Numbered from the whole stretch's first letter, positions 24,700 to 35,867 are shown. The stretch: 63,589 bases of DNA, filler included, from Reclinomonas americana ATCC 50394 (GCA_048213135.1; 57 parts of 57 records of this genome joined end to end with filler, not necessarily neighbours in it), one strand, 5' to 3'. Notes: a model not told the origin generated them from the letters alone. Translations and numbers: made by a program.

Positions 24700-25077
24700 T
24701 TGTCACGGATTTCTACGCATCCGCCGTTTGGGCATCGGAGCGGAATCTTCAGGATCGCGTACCAGCTGCGCCGAGAACTCCCGATGTCGTCGCCTGGGAT
24801 CGGAGAGCTTGAAGAGCTGTTGGCATGGTTCGACGGGAATCTCGCGAAACCAGACCGGTTCTCGACATCGCGTCATCCGCGGGCGAAGGAAACGGCGATC
24901 TCGTGGGTCAAAGCCAGCGCCGATGAGCACGTTCGCAGATTGCGCAGGCTAGCCTTGCTGGTCGAGGAGGTCGCACATCTTCGTGTCAATGAATTGCGCA
25001 CGGAGAGGCCGGGCTATGTTGTCTTCGAAGACGATCACCAATTAGTCGCCCTGCCTTTCGCAGATACTCCACGATAG
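24700..25077 (+). CDS. Bacterial hypothetical protein
   Basis: Intronless GC-rich ORF (WFDGNLAKPDRF...AISWVK...PGYVVFEDDHQLVALPF*) converging on a LysR gene. Confidence 0.7.
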   Translation: MSRISTHPPFGHRSGIFRIAYQLRRELPMSSPGIGELEELLAWFDGNLAKPDRFSTSRHPRAKETAISWVKASADEHVRRLRRLALLVEEVAHLRVNELRTERPGYVVFEDDHQLVALPFADTPR

Positions 25078-25160
25078 GTCGGCTGCCCACCATCTCAGAC
25101 GTCGCCTTGTGTTTGACGCCTTAGCTGCAACTCGCCGACCGTAAGGGCGGCGCACGGCGC

Positions 25161-25702
25161 TCACTCCTGCGCTTTCGTCTCCGACACCGGAATCGCTGCC
25201 ATGGCCGCGCCGATAGCGGCCGCCGTCGCGACGCCATTGATCGCACGCAAGCCGCCGCGGATGGTGTCGATCACGGCGCGGAGTGGTGGCGCCATCTGCC
25301 GTTGGGCCGGATAGCAGAGGTAATAGCCGGGGAAGGGTGCCGACCAGGCCTCGAGCAGTGGGACGAGGCGGCCCTCGGCGATGTGAGGCGCAATCAGTTG
25401 CTGGCTGGCGAAGGCGATGCCGACCCCGTCGACTGCCGCTTGCACCCCGAAGTCCTTCCTGTTGGAGATCAAGGGACCATCGACGGCGACCTCGAACCAT
25501 TTGCCGTTTTCCATGAACTCCCATTTGTACGGCGTCTTCTGCCCCAGCCAGCGCCAGCCGATGCAGCGATGGGCGAGAAGGTCGCGCGGATGGGCCGGGG
25601 TCCCGTGCCGGGCGAGATAGTCGGGCGAGGCCACCGCGGTCTGGCGCAGCTCCGGGCCGAGCTTCACTGCGATGAGGTCCTTGTCGATCACCTCCCCCGA
25701 GC
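25161..25702 (-). CDS. LysR family transcriptional regulator, C-terminal substrate-binding domain (bacterial, 5' truncated)
   Basis: IAVKLGP...VASPDYLARHGTPAHPRDLLAHRCI...YKWEF...GRLVPLLEAWSAPFPGYYLCYP is typical of CrgA-like LysR proteins. Confidence 0.93.
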
Positions 25703-25802
25703 NNNNNNNNNNNNNNNNNNNNNNNNNNNNNNNNNNNNNNNNNNNNTTAATTAATTAANNNNNNNNNNNNNNNNNNNNNNNNNNNNNNNNNNNNNNNNNN
25801 NN

Positions 25803-26220
25803 TTCCTTGGCCGTCATCGTTGCGGCGACGATCGTCATGGTGACAGGCTGGAATCTCATCGACCCGATCATCGGAGCGGGAATTGGCCTGTTCATTGTGC
25901 CGCGGACCTGGGGGCTGCTCAGGCAGGCCATGCATATCCTGCTGGAGGGAACCCCGCCGGAAGTGAACGTCGCACTGCTTGAGGAGCGGCTGCGGTCGAT
26001 CCCTGGTGTCACCGAAGTCCATGATCTGCATGTCTGGACCCTGACATCCGGCCTCGACGCCATGAGCGGACATCTTGTCAGGGAAGACGGGGCCCCGGCC
26101 GACGACATCCTGTCATCCGCAAACCTGATGCTCACCCAGGAATTCGGCATACAGCATTCGACGATCCAGATCGAAAACCGCGCACACCGTGAGGCGCCAG
26201 GTCACGACAGTCGCATTTAA
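25803..26220 (+). CDS. Cation diffusion facilitator (CzcD/ZitB-like Zn/Co/Cd efflux), 3' part
   Basis: IDPIIGAGIGLFIVPRTWGLL...ILLEGTP...VHDLHVWTLTSG...FGIQHSTIQIE. Confidence 0.93.
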
Positions 26221-26243
26221 TCCCAAGCCCTGGAGGATGCTGC

Positions 26244-26546
26244 ATGCAAGCGATTCTGGCGCTGCTGATTTCGACCTTTTTGCTCAACCCTCTGCAGGAG
26301 GCGATCTCCCGGATGCTGGTGGCGGCGGGTGTCTCGCAGGCCGCCGCGCAAAACATCACGCAATGTGTGAAAAACGCGGCTCCCCAACTTGCAGGGCGTG
26401 CCCTTCAAGAGCCTGTCTGGGTCCTGGATCAGCTCTGGCAATACTGGTCTGGCGGTGCGGGACCCGAAGCAATGCTGGCCAAGCTGGCTCCGCAATGCTC
26501 CAACGCGCTTGAGGCCGTGCGGAAGCTCGCACGGCCCGGTATCTGA
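26244..26546 (+). CDS. Bacterial hypothetical exported protein
   Basis: GGAGG RBS upstream, hydrophobic N-terminus, two Cys; lies directly downstream of the CDF gene. Confidence 0.7.
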   Translation: MQAILALLISTFLLNPLQEAISRMLVAAGVSQAAAQNITQCVKNAAPQLAGRALQEPVWVLDQLWQYWSGGAGPEAMLAKLAPQCSNALEAVRKLARPGI

Positions 26547-26583
26547 TGGATCCCGTCAAGTCAGTAACGAGACGATTATCCGA

Positions 26584-26820
26584 TCAGTCGAAAATCCGGC
26601 CGAGAAAGCCGCGCCGACCATGGCCGCCATATGATCCGCCACCGCCATGACCACCATGGCCCCCGCCGTGGTCGCCATAACCACCATGGCCGGATCCGTA
26701 TCCTGCCGGATAGCTTTGCCCAGGCGGATAGGACGATGAAGGAACTGGCGCGCCAGAGGCCGCTCCCCATGGGGCGCTGCCAGGCTGCGGAATAAACGAG
26801 GCGCCTTGGTTTCCGGCATT
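26584..26820 (-). CDS. C-terminus of a bacterial zf-TFIIB-like zinc-ribbon protein (not in the ORF track)
   Basis: Frame from 26820 reads ...APWGA...GYGSGHGGYGDHGGGHGGHGGGGSYGGHGRRGFLGRIFD*. A low-complexity linker ending basic-FL-x-x-IFD is characteristic of this family; the Zn domain itself is outside the contig. Confidence 0.55.
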   Translation of the reverse strand, partial: NAGNQGASFIPQPGSAPWGAASGAPVPSSSYPPGQSYPAGYGSGHGGYGDHGGGHGGHGGGGSYGGHGRRGFLGRIFD

Positions 26821-26920
26821 NNNNNNNNNNNNNNNNNNNNNNNNNNNNNNNNNNNNNNNNNNNNTTAATTAATTAANNNNNNNNNNNNNNNNNNNNNNNN
26901 NNNNNNNNNNNNNNNNNNNN

Positions 26921-27941
26921 TTTACCTTCCTGGTGTACCCAGAGACGATCATTTATGAGGACACCTCTTCCCGCGAGGGCAAGCGACCCTCCAACCTCAA
27001 CGTGGTGGAGAATTTGCTCAAGCACGACGGCACCTCGTATGTCACCATCTACGGGCGCGAGTCGCTGTTTGTGCACGGCGAAATGGTGGAGCTGTTCAAC
27101 AAGTACAAGACTCCGGATGCCAACGTCAAGCACCACAAGAAGATGATGCAGTTGAGTGTGATTTCATTCTCGCTCGTAGTTTTCTCCCCCCCCCCCCCCC
27201 CCTCCTCTCTCGCTCCCTCCCTCCCGCCGTTTCCCGTAACTCACCTCCCCCCTCCCCCCTTCAGCGAGCCCTTCAAGGTCGCCATTCGCTCTGGCGGTCT
27301 TGAGCACAACCACCGTCGCAACGTGCTGCGCTTCTGGCTGCGCCCGCTCGTCTCCGTCTTCAGGGACTCGCCGCACTATATTGCGCCCAAGTTGCAAGCC
27401 GTGCTGACGCTGCTGTCGCTGGCGCGTGGCGAGCTCGAATGGTACTTCCGCCACGCCATCAACGCGCAAGCACTGGCCAAGCACAAGAACAAGCCGGCGA
27501 TGGATTCGTACATCAACCAGTCCGACTTGTGCGTGCCGGAGTTGATCTGCATCGTGATGGAGCTGACGCAGATTATTATGGAGAACCGCGCTGGTACGTC
27601 GAGGATTGCAGTTGCCCGACGCATGTTCATGTGGCTCACTGTGCTTCCACAAATGGCAGTGATTGGCGACTACTACCGCCGCTTCCTGGCCGAGTTCCAG
27701 GCCGGCGTGCTGGCCGATGTGTGGGAGAGGAAGCCGGCTGAGCTGCGCGTTGAGGCGCGGCCTGCCAGCATTGTCACGGCCTTTGTTGCCGCCATGGCCA
27801 ACGCCAGATCGGAGGCATCGTTCTTTGTTGCGTGCTCATTCATTGCTGTGCTGTCTACAAACTTGCTCACTTATTGTGGGCCTCACCAGGTGCACCGCCT
27901 CAACTGGCGCCGCTTCCAGTACCTCATGTTCACCAATGTGT
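26921..27941 (+). CDS. NCKAP1: Nck-associated protein 1 (NAP1/Hem; WAVE/SCAR complex), spliced fragment, copy A
   Basis: HNHRRNVLRFWLRPLVSVFRDSPHYIAPKLQAVLTLLSLARGELEWYFRH and RLNWRRFQ match NAP1 motifs (RRxxLR...DxPxLLxPK...LSxARxExxWxxRH; RLDWxRxQ). Confidence 0.88.
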
Positions 27942-28041
27942 NNNNNNNNNNNNNNNNNNNNNNNNNNNNNNNNNNNNNNNNNNNNTTAATTAATTAANNN
28001 NNNNNNNNNNNNNNNNNNNNNNNNNNNNNNNNNNNNNNNNN

Positions 28042-29060
28042 ACACATTGGTGAACATGAGGTACTGGAAGCGGCGCCAGTTGAGGCGGTGCACCTGGTGG
28101 GGCCCACAATAAGTGAGCAAGTTTGTAGACAGCACAGCAATGAATGAGCACGCAACAAAGAACGATGCCTCCGATCTGGCGTTGGCCATGGCGGCAACAA
28201 AGGCCGTGACAATGCTGGCAGGCCGTGCCTCCACGCGCAGCTCAGCCGGCTTCCTCTCCCACACATCGGCCAGCACGCCGGCCTGGAACTCGGCGAGGAA
28301 GCGGCGGTAGTAGTCGCCAATCACTACCATTTGTGAATGAGTCAAATGAATCCGTGTCGGGCAACCGCAATCCTCGACGTACCAGCGCGGTTCTCCATAA
28401 TGATCTGCGTCAGCTCCATCACGATGCAGATCAACTCCGGCACGCACAAGTCGGACTGGTTGATGTACGAATCCATCGCCGGCTTGTTCTTGTGCTTGGC
28501 CAGTGCTTGCGCGTTGATGGCGTGGCGGAAGTACCATTCGAGCTCGCCACGCGCCAGCGACAGCAGCGTCAGCACGGCTTGCAACTTGGGCGCAATGTAG
28601 TGTGGCGAGTCCCTGAAGACGGAGACGAGCGGGCGCAGCCAGAAGCGCAGCACGTTGCGACGGTGGTTGTGCTCAAGACCGCCAGAGCGAATGGCGACCT
28701 TGAAGGGCTCGCTGAAAGGAGGGGGGAGGTGAGTTACGGGAAACGGCGAGAGGGAGGGAAGGAGGGAGCGAGCGAGCTAGAGATAGGGGGGAGGGAGAAA
28801 ACTACTAGCGAGAATGAAATCACACTCAACTGCATCATCTTCTTGTGGTGCTTGACGTTGGCATCCGGAGTCTTGTACTTGTTGAACAGCTCCACCATTT
28901 CGCCGTGCACAAACAGCGACTCGCGCCCGTAGATGGTGACATACGAGGTGCCGTCATGCTTGAGCAGGTTCTCCACCACGTTGAGGTTGGACGGTCGCTT
29001 GCCCTCGCGGGAAGAGGTGTCCTCGTAAATGATCGTCTCCGGGTACACCAGGAAGGTGAA
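28042..29060 (-). CDS. NCKAP1: Nck-associated protein 1, copy B (allele/haplotype of 26921-27941)
   Basis: Reverse complement of the previous contig with matching ends, synonymous exon changes and diverged introns. Confidence 0.88.
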
Positions 29061-29160
29061 NNNNNNNNNNNNNNNNNNNNNNNNNNNNNNNNNNNNNNNN
29101 NNNNTTAATTAATTAANNNNNNNNNNNNNNNNNNNNNNNNNNNNNNNNNNNNNNNNNNNN

Positions 29161-29393
29161 GCCATCGGAGCCGGGCGCAAGGTCATCAGCGCCGGGCTGT
29201 AGCGCAGCAGATCCCCCGGCTGGCAGTCGAGCACGGCACAGATCCGCGTCAACGTATCGAAGCGCATGCCGCGGACCTTGCCGGATTTCAGCTGCGAGAC
29301 CTGCTGCTCGGTCAGCCCGATGCGCTGGGCCAGTTCCTTCGAGCGCATCTTGCGACGCGCCAGCATGACATCGAGTTCGACGATGATCGGCAT
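29161..29393 (-). CDS. Cro/C1-type HTH transcriptional regulator (YozG-like)
   Basis: MPIIVELDVMLARRKMRSKELAQRIGLTEQQVSQLKSGKVRGMRFDTLTRICAVLDCQPGDLL; immediately downstream of DUF2975, a commonly seen pairing. Confidence 0.93.
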
Positions 29394-29403
29394 CGCCTAA
29401 CTC

Positions 29404-29970
29404 CTACACGAAACTCTGATTCTCGTCCGCGAGGCGGACCGCCTCCTTGAGCACCAGCCCGAAGGCGACCAGCGCCGCCCCGGCGGCCAGCACGCCGAAC
29501 GTCCCCGGATCGAGCGTGATCGCCGATTGCTTCTGGCCTGAAGGGTTGTCGAAGGTCAGCGCCACGCTCTGCAGCGCGCGCGCCAGCGGCGCGGCGACGC
29601 CCATTGCCGTCAGCAGCCAGCCGACCCGCGCGAGCCGCTGCGCATTCTCTTCTTCCAGCACCCGGCCGCGGCCGAAGCGGCCGAACAGGCTCGACAGCCG
29701 CAACATCGCGGCAACGAAGAGGCCCGCAGGTACGAGGCCGAGCGTCAGCGCGGCCCAATAGCCGCGCTCCGAGAACGGGCCGACCGGGGCGCTGACGCCG
29801 ATCGTGCCGCGGGCATAGGCGGCGAGCTGCTCGGGATTGCGCCAGAGCCAGACGGCGCCGAACGCCATCAAGGCCGCCGCTGCAATGCACAGGATACGCG
29901 CGACCATGCTCACACGCCGCAGCCTCGCCATGGCGGACCGATCCTGGGCGGAGCTCGCAAGGGATGTCAT
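29404..29970 (-). CDS. DUF2975 family membrane protein
   Basis: Four hydrophobic helices, a 'LFGRFGRGRVLEEENAQRL' segment and C-terminal 'EAVRLADENQSFV*'; GGAG RBS upstream; paired with the HTH gene. Confidence 0.88.
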   Translation of the reverse strand: MTSLASSAQDRSAMARLRRVSMVARILCIAAAALMAFGAVWLWRNPEQLAAYARGTIGVSAPVGPFSERGYWAALTLGLVPAGLFVAAMLRLSSLFGRFGRGRVLEEENAQRLARVGWLLTAMGVAAPLARALQSVALTFDNPSGQKQSAITLDPGTFGVLAAGAALVAFGLVLKEAVRLADENQSFV

Positions 29971-29998
29971 GTCTATTCACTCCGTCATTGACAAAATT

Positions 29999-30027
29999 AA
30001 ACTAAGAGACGAATTTCTGAATGTCAA
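29999..30027 (-). promoter_or_regulatory. Putative sigma70 promoter of the DUF2975-HTH operon
   Basis: Minus strand TTGACA (30027-30022), 17 bp spacer, TAGTTT (30004-29999), in an AT-rich intergenic gap. A second TTGACA lies on the plus strand at 29988-29993. Confidence 0.6.
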
Positions 30028-30048
30028 AGCCATTTATCGGAAAGCTCG

Positions 30049-30176
30049 ATGCACGCAGCCCTGCCCGCCAAATTCCTGCTTTGCGGCCTGCTCGCCGGCT
30101 GCGGCCACGTCCCGCTGGCCTCGCTGCCGAAGCTGTCCAAGGTCGATATCAGGACGACCGACCTCGCCGAGCTGCG
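30049..30176 (+). CDS. Bacterial lipoprotein, 5' fragment (not in the ORF track)
   Basis: MHAALPAKFLLCGLLAGCGHVPLASLPKLSKVD... has a signal peptide with lipobox LAGC; divergent from DUF2975. Confidence 0.7.
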
Positions 30177-30276
30177 NNNNNNNNNNNNNNNNNNNNNNNN
30201 NNNNNNNNNNNNNNNNNNNNTTAATTAATTAANNNNNNNNNNNNNNNNNNNNNNNNNNNNNNNNNNNNNNNNNNNN

Positions 30277-30380
<104 letters not shown>

Positions 30381-31629
30381 GAGAGAGACAGACCGACTGA
30401 GAGAGAGAGCAATATGAAGTGAAGTCGGTGCAGAGACGGAATACAAGACGCACATGCGCTGGAGGAAGAGCACAGAGAGACATGAAAGTGAAAAGCAGAG
30501 AGAGACACGTGAGAGCGACGCCATGAAGAGACACGGAACACAGACAAACAGAAGACAGACATACAGACAGTCAGAGATAAAATGTGAATGAGTGTTTACA
30601 TCCCTCTGCTTCTTGTCGCTTATGCCTGTCCCTCGGTACAGAGTTGCTCCTGCGTGAACCGTATGTGCCGCTGCCGACTGGCAAGTTGACTGAATGGCTC
30701 CCGGAAGGCCTCGAGACTTGGGTACGTTAGCCGAGACTCACTCCTTCACAATTCCAGCGCTCATCACTGTGCGTCCGCCAGGTGGTGGCCGAACGAGTGA
30801 CGGAGACGTACGCTTACTTCTCGGCGGTGGAGGCCGTTCTGTCAGCCTTGGTTCGTGGTGCTGCAGCTTCATGGCGTCCATCGATTACTCACATCGTGCG
30901 CGTGCAGGAGGCGAGTCATGGATCGTCGGTTGGCTGGGAAAGCGAAGCATCACATGCGCGACGACTGCGTGTGTATGACCCGCGATTCCTGCTGCAAGTG
31001 AGTGTGGCGCGCCTCTTTTTTTTGGCGCGTCGGCGTGGGGGCTGACAGTTGGTGTGATTTCGCGCGCAGTTTGCACACTGTGTGTTGCAGCTGGCGGATC
31101 AGAGTTTGGATTTGCGGAGGGTGGCTTCGTCGGGGGTGCTGTCGCTGGCGATTGCGGCGTGCTCGTCGGTGGTGGAGGGTGTGAGGGGGGTGGTGAGTGG
31201 TGGGGTTGATGAGGGGAATTTACGAGGGGAAGGGTATGGGGGGTGAAGGGAAGGGGTCAGTAAGGGAAGGGTGTGGGGGATGAAGGGAAGGGGGNNNNNN
31301 NNNNNNNNNNNNNNNNNNNNNNNNNNNNNNNNNNNNNNTTAATTAATTAANNNNNNNNNNNNNNNNNNNNNNNNNNNNNNNNNNNNNNNNNNNNAGCACA
31401 TGCGCGCTGCCGTGCATGGATGGGAAGGAGCTGGCGGTGTGTGAATTCATTTGCACTGGTGGGACAAGTGGGACACGGAAGTCGCTCGTTTTTGCGGCAG
31501 AAGTGACGATAGTCACCGCAGATCACACAGTCAATGTTGGTTGAGTGTGGTACTACCACCATTAGTCGTGGAACAGAGTGAGTGAGCCCTTAGTGAGTGG
31601 TACCATGCCACCATCCACTGCACGACGGG

Positions 31630-32412
31630 GTGACCTTGGCGCGCCGACACACCACCACCACCACTGCCTGTCTCCACCACCTCAGTCGTCACTGTGATTC
31701 ACAGGATCAGTGTCGGTCGACAGCGCCATCAGCCACCATCTGCTGCATGCCGCATTGATCTTGGCGAGACAGCACACCGCCGCCACCAAGTCGTTGCGAC
31801 CGCTGTGATTGACACAGTCAGTGTTGATCGACAGCTGCAGTGTCGCCATCAGCCACCACCCACAGTGACCTTGGCGCGACGGCACACCACCATCACCACC
31901 ACTGCCTGTCTCCACCACCTCAGTCGTCAATGTGATTCACTGAGTCAGTGTCGGTCGACAGCGCCATCTAGATCTGCCACCATCCGCTGCATGCCGCAGT
32001 GGCCTTGGCGCGCCGGCACACCACCACCACCAAGTCGTCGCTGTGATTGACACAGTACAGTCAGTGGTGGCGCCGGCCGACAGTCGCGTCACCCACAGTG
32101 ACTTTGGCGCGACGGCATACCACCACCACCACTGCTTGCCTCCACCACCTCAGTCGTCACTGCGTTTCCCGGAGTCAGTGTCAGTCGTCAGTGGCGCCAT
32201 CAGCCACCGGCCACTACATGTCGCAGTGAAGCATCACCACTGCCTGTCTCCACCACCTCAGTCGTCACTGTGATTCACTGAGTAATTGTCGAAGTCGGTC
32301 GACTGCTGCATGCCGCATTGATCTTGGCGAGACGGCACACCACCGCCACCAAGTCGTTGCGATTGCTGTGATTGACACAGTCAGTGTTGATCGACAGTGT
32401 TGCCATCAGCCA
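31630..32412. repeat. Complex tandem repeat, ~235 bp unit, 3+ degenerate copies
   Basis: gtgac(c/t)ttggcgcg starts units at ~31630, ~31865 and ~32098; the block ccactgcctgtctccaccacctcagtcgtcactgtgattcac occurs four times with variants. Confidence 0.85.
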
Positions 32413-32512
32413 NNNNNNNNNNNNNNNNNNNNNNNNNNNNNNNNNNNNNNNNNNNNTTAATTAATTAANNNNNNNNNNNNNNNNNNNNNNNNNNNNNNNN
32501 NNNNNNNNNNNN

Positions 32513-32923
32513 GAGATGCTGTACAAGAGAAGCGCAACACAATCATTCGACAAGAGTGCACCAACCTCGACGAGCAGCTTGAGGGTGAGATTGTCCTCCA
32601 GTGCGCGCGTGTAGCGGGACAGCACCGAGTTCGCGTCCAGCTTCTCCAGCGCCGGGCGCACCGTCTCGGCCAACTCGAGGGCATTAAAGTTGGTCTCCAG
32701 CACGCGGAAAATGTGCTGCACCTCCGACGAGGCGAAGCGCAGCACATCGCGCTGCTCCAGCTCCGCCATCAGCGATGTGCGGGTCGGCACCACCGTCGCG
32801 TGCAGGAACGACGACATGAGCAGTTGTCGCTCGTGCAGTGGCTCCACGTCGAGTGGGTCGATGGAGCCCGCCGAGTCGGTGAGAGGGACGCTCAGGCAGG
32901 CCAGGACGAGGAGGTTGGCCAGG
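32513..32923 (-). CDS. EIF3A: Eukaryotic translation initiation factor 3 subunit A (PCI region), exon fragment
   Basis: LVLACLSVP...PTRTSLMAEL...VLRFASSEVQHIFRVLETNFNALELAETV...LSRYTRALEDNLTLKLL matches eIF3a. Confidence 0.85.
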
Positions 32924-33630
32924 CTGTGGGGTGGGGGGAAGGGGGTGAGGAAAGGGGAAGGGGCAAGGGGGGAAGGGAAAGGGGGAAGGGGAAGGAAAAG
33001 GGGAAGGGCAAAGGGGAAGGGGGAAGGGGAAGGGGGAAAAGAGGGAAGGGGAAATGCGAAGGGAGAGACAGATGGAAAGAGAGTGAGACACAGGGAGAGA
33101 GTACGGGGAATAAAATGGGGCAGAGGTGAATGAGAGGCTGAAACAACGAGGAAGACAAGTAGGAAGACAAGGGAGAAGAAAGTGATGCACAGGAAGATAC
33201 AGGGCGAGCGAGGAAAAGAGGAAGGAGGTGGAAAGTGGGCAAAACGAGAAACAGAGAGAGTGAGACTGAGCGAGCGAGACGCCGAGGAGACTAACCGATT
33301 GAAAAAGAGAGACAACGGAAACAAACATACAGAGACAGCGCGAGAGACAGCAAAAGAGAGAGAAAGAGAGAGAGAAAGGGATAAAGAGGAAAAAAAGAGA
33401 GAGAGAAAGAAGAGAGAGAAAGACAGAGAGAGAGAGAGAAGAAGAGGAAGAGGAAGAGAAACAAGAGAGAGAGAAGACAGAGAGAGAGAAGAAGAGAGAA
33501 GAGGAAGAGAACAAGAGAGAGAAGAGAGAANNNNNNNNNNNNNNNNNNNNNNNNNNNNNNNNNNNNNNNNNNNNTTAATTAATTAANNNNNNNNNNNNNN
33601 NNNNNNNNNNNNNNNNNNNNNNNNNNNNNN

Positions 33631-34647
33631 GGGGCCACACAAGCTGCCCACTTGCAACGCAACTTGAATCCGCCGCCTTGACCTGCGGGCCGATCAGACT
33701 GACCGGCATCACATTCAACAACTTGGCCATGAACGACACGCCATTGGCGCGCAGCTCAATAATGTCCTCCAAGAAGGCGTCGGCCTGGATGTCGGGGCGA
33801 TGCGCGTCGCCCATCTCCTCAATCAGCGCGGTCGGCAACCACTCCATACCCACATCCTCCTGCACGTGTGTACACCACGCGTCAGAGACCTGCAACAATG
33901 CGGCTCTGCAGACACTGTGTGTACCTCGCCCGAGGACTCCATGCCCTCCGAGAAGAGCTCCGATGCCAGCCACTCGGCGGCAACCTTCTCCTCGTCGCCC
34001 ACACGGTTGCCAGAGACAAGCTTGCCCGCGCACTGCAGAGGCGTTCACGAAATAGCGACGATTAGGTGGAGCAAACAAAATGCGCCACAGTCGCGAATCG
34101 CACCTTGCCGCACACAAGAGCAATGCTGCGCAACAAGTCCACCATGGTCGACAGCGCACTCCACTTTTCGTCCACGTCGGCCGTGACCGTGCAGCTGCGC
34201 GACATGCAATGAGCAATCTCTCGCTATCCGATGCATACATACATGCTCAGAGTGCGACACGCAACTGGAATCCCCACGAGACCTCCGTAGCGCCCCAAGC
34301 ACTTCCGCCGTCCATGCTAAAGTACGCCGAGTTACCCGACACCGAGATCGGCTCGGTGGGCACACGGCGGGTCTCCGAGAAGGGACCAGCGAGAATCTTG
34401 GTGCACGAAGCGTCCGCGTACACCGTCAGAGTCATGCTGCAAGCGGAAAACCAATGAGTGTCAGCGAGCGAGAGAGGTAGAAAGACCTCACGATCTCGGG
34501 AAGAACAAAGAGAAAGTACACGTACCCCATGGCAAACTCGGTGCGGTCGTCGAACTTGAGAAGCAGGCGACGCGCCTCGGTCAGCTGAACCAGTGTCTGG
34601 AAGGCCTGACCAGGGGTTCTGTAGCAAAATGTGAGCTTGTCGCGATG
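33631..34647 (-). CDS. Large protein fragment with a CUB-like 'WGF' module of the kind seen in giant E3 ligases (tentative)
   Basis: LTVYADASCTKILAGPFS...PISVSGNSAYFSMDG...SWGFQLRV across several exons. Confidence 0.35.
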
Positions 34648-34887
34648 NNNNNNNNNNNNNNNNNNNNNNNNNNNNNNNNNNNNNNNNNNNNTTAATTAAT
34701 TAANNNNNNNNNNNNNNNNNNNNNNNNNNNNNNNNNNNNNNNNNNNNACTCTCTCTCTCACTCTCTCTCTCACACACACACACACTCTCCCCTCTCTCTC
34801 TCCCCCTCTGCTGTTCTTGTGTGTCATGATCCGGCCTCTCATATTGATCTTTGTATACTTATTTTTTTGTACTTCTCACTCTCCTCT

Positions 34888-34921
<34 letters not shown>

Positions 34922-35867
34922 TCCTTCTCTCTCCTCTCTGCTGTTCTTGTGTGTTTGTGTCATGATCCGGCTTCTCATATTGCTCTTTGTTTGTATGCTT
35001 TTTGTTTTTTGACACAGACTCTGGCGCTGTTTGATGACCTGACGACTCGTGTGTTTTGCTGCCTCCTTCTTCTTCATTTGAGCACACGGAAATGCATCGT
35101 ATGAGCGTGTGTGCCTTACATAACAAAATCCATTCAAGTTATTTATTTTAGGTAGATTTTCTCTTGTTTGTAGTTGGTGGTGGTGGTGGTACAGAGTGGT
35201 AACAAGGAGAAGAGAGAGAGAAGCAGCAAGGCGCAAGGAACACACGTAGGTGACGATAATCGTGTGTGTTGCACGCGCGCACATATCTCTCTCTCACGTA
35301 CACACTCGAGGAAGAAAAAAGAAGGCGATGGAAAGCAAGACACAAAAACAGCTGGGGTCACGAAAAAAAGATGATAGAAAAAGTGGGTTTTTTTGGTGGG
35401 GGAAAGATGTTTTGTGGTCTCCTCTCAGTTAAAACGGATGACGAACTCGCTCTATCGCTCTCCTTCTCTGACTCTGGTGCGTGCGTGCGTGTGTGTGTGT
35501 GCCTACCACGTGCGTCTTGTGGGTATATGAGGGGCGAGACGCACGTAACAGCGGTAGAGCAACAGCAACAACAGCAGCAGCAGCAGCAGCAGAGTGAGAA
35601 AGAGAAGAAGAAGGCGAGCGAGACTCGTGCACGTAAGCAGGTAGGTAGAGGGTGGGTAATCTAGGTAGGGGGGAGAAGTGAGAACACTTACAAGGGTGAA
35701 GAAGAAGCACGTGCTCAACAGATCACAAACTGGCACGAACCGGAAAGGAGAAAAGGGGGGGAGGGGGNNNNNNNNNNNNNNNNNNNNNNNNNNNNNNNNN
35801 NNNNNNNNNNNTTAATTAATTAANNNNNNNNNNNNNNNNNNNNNNNNNNNNNNNNNNNNNNNNNNNN

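Noticed and set aside
27814..27889. Possible GC-AG intron in NAP1 (GAG/GCATCG)
   Set aside because: An in-phase GT donor 12 nt downstream (TTT/GTTGCG) gives SFFVHRLNW, which fits the family pattern; no non-canonical site is needed.
26921..29060. Apparent 1-kb inverted repeat or giant hairpin
   Set aside because: The arms are separate contigs on either side of an artificial spacer; orientation and adjacency are arbitrary.
24684..30176. Bacterial genes beside eukaryotic NAP1 as an HGT island, or LysR + CDF as one operon
   Set aside because: All junctions are spacers; there is no physical linkage.
31630..32412. Repeat array as a CRISPR locus
   Set aside because: The sequence between repeats is itself repeated, units are ~235 bp and degenerate, and no cas genes are present.
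34806..34990. Local direct duplications in non-coding DNA (also ~17020-17250)
   Set aside because: Two-copy degenerate duplications inside microsatellite-rich intron or intergenic DNA; consistent with slippage, with no sign of function.
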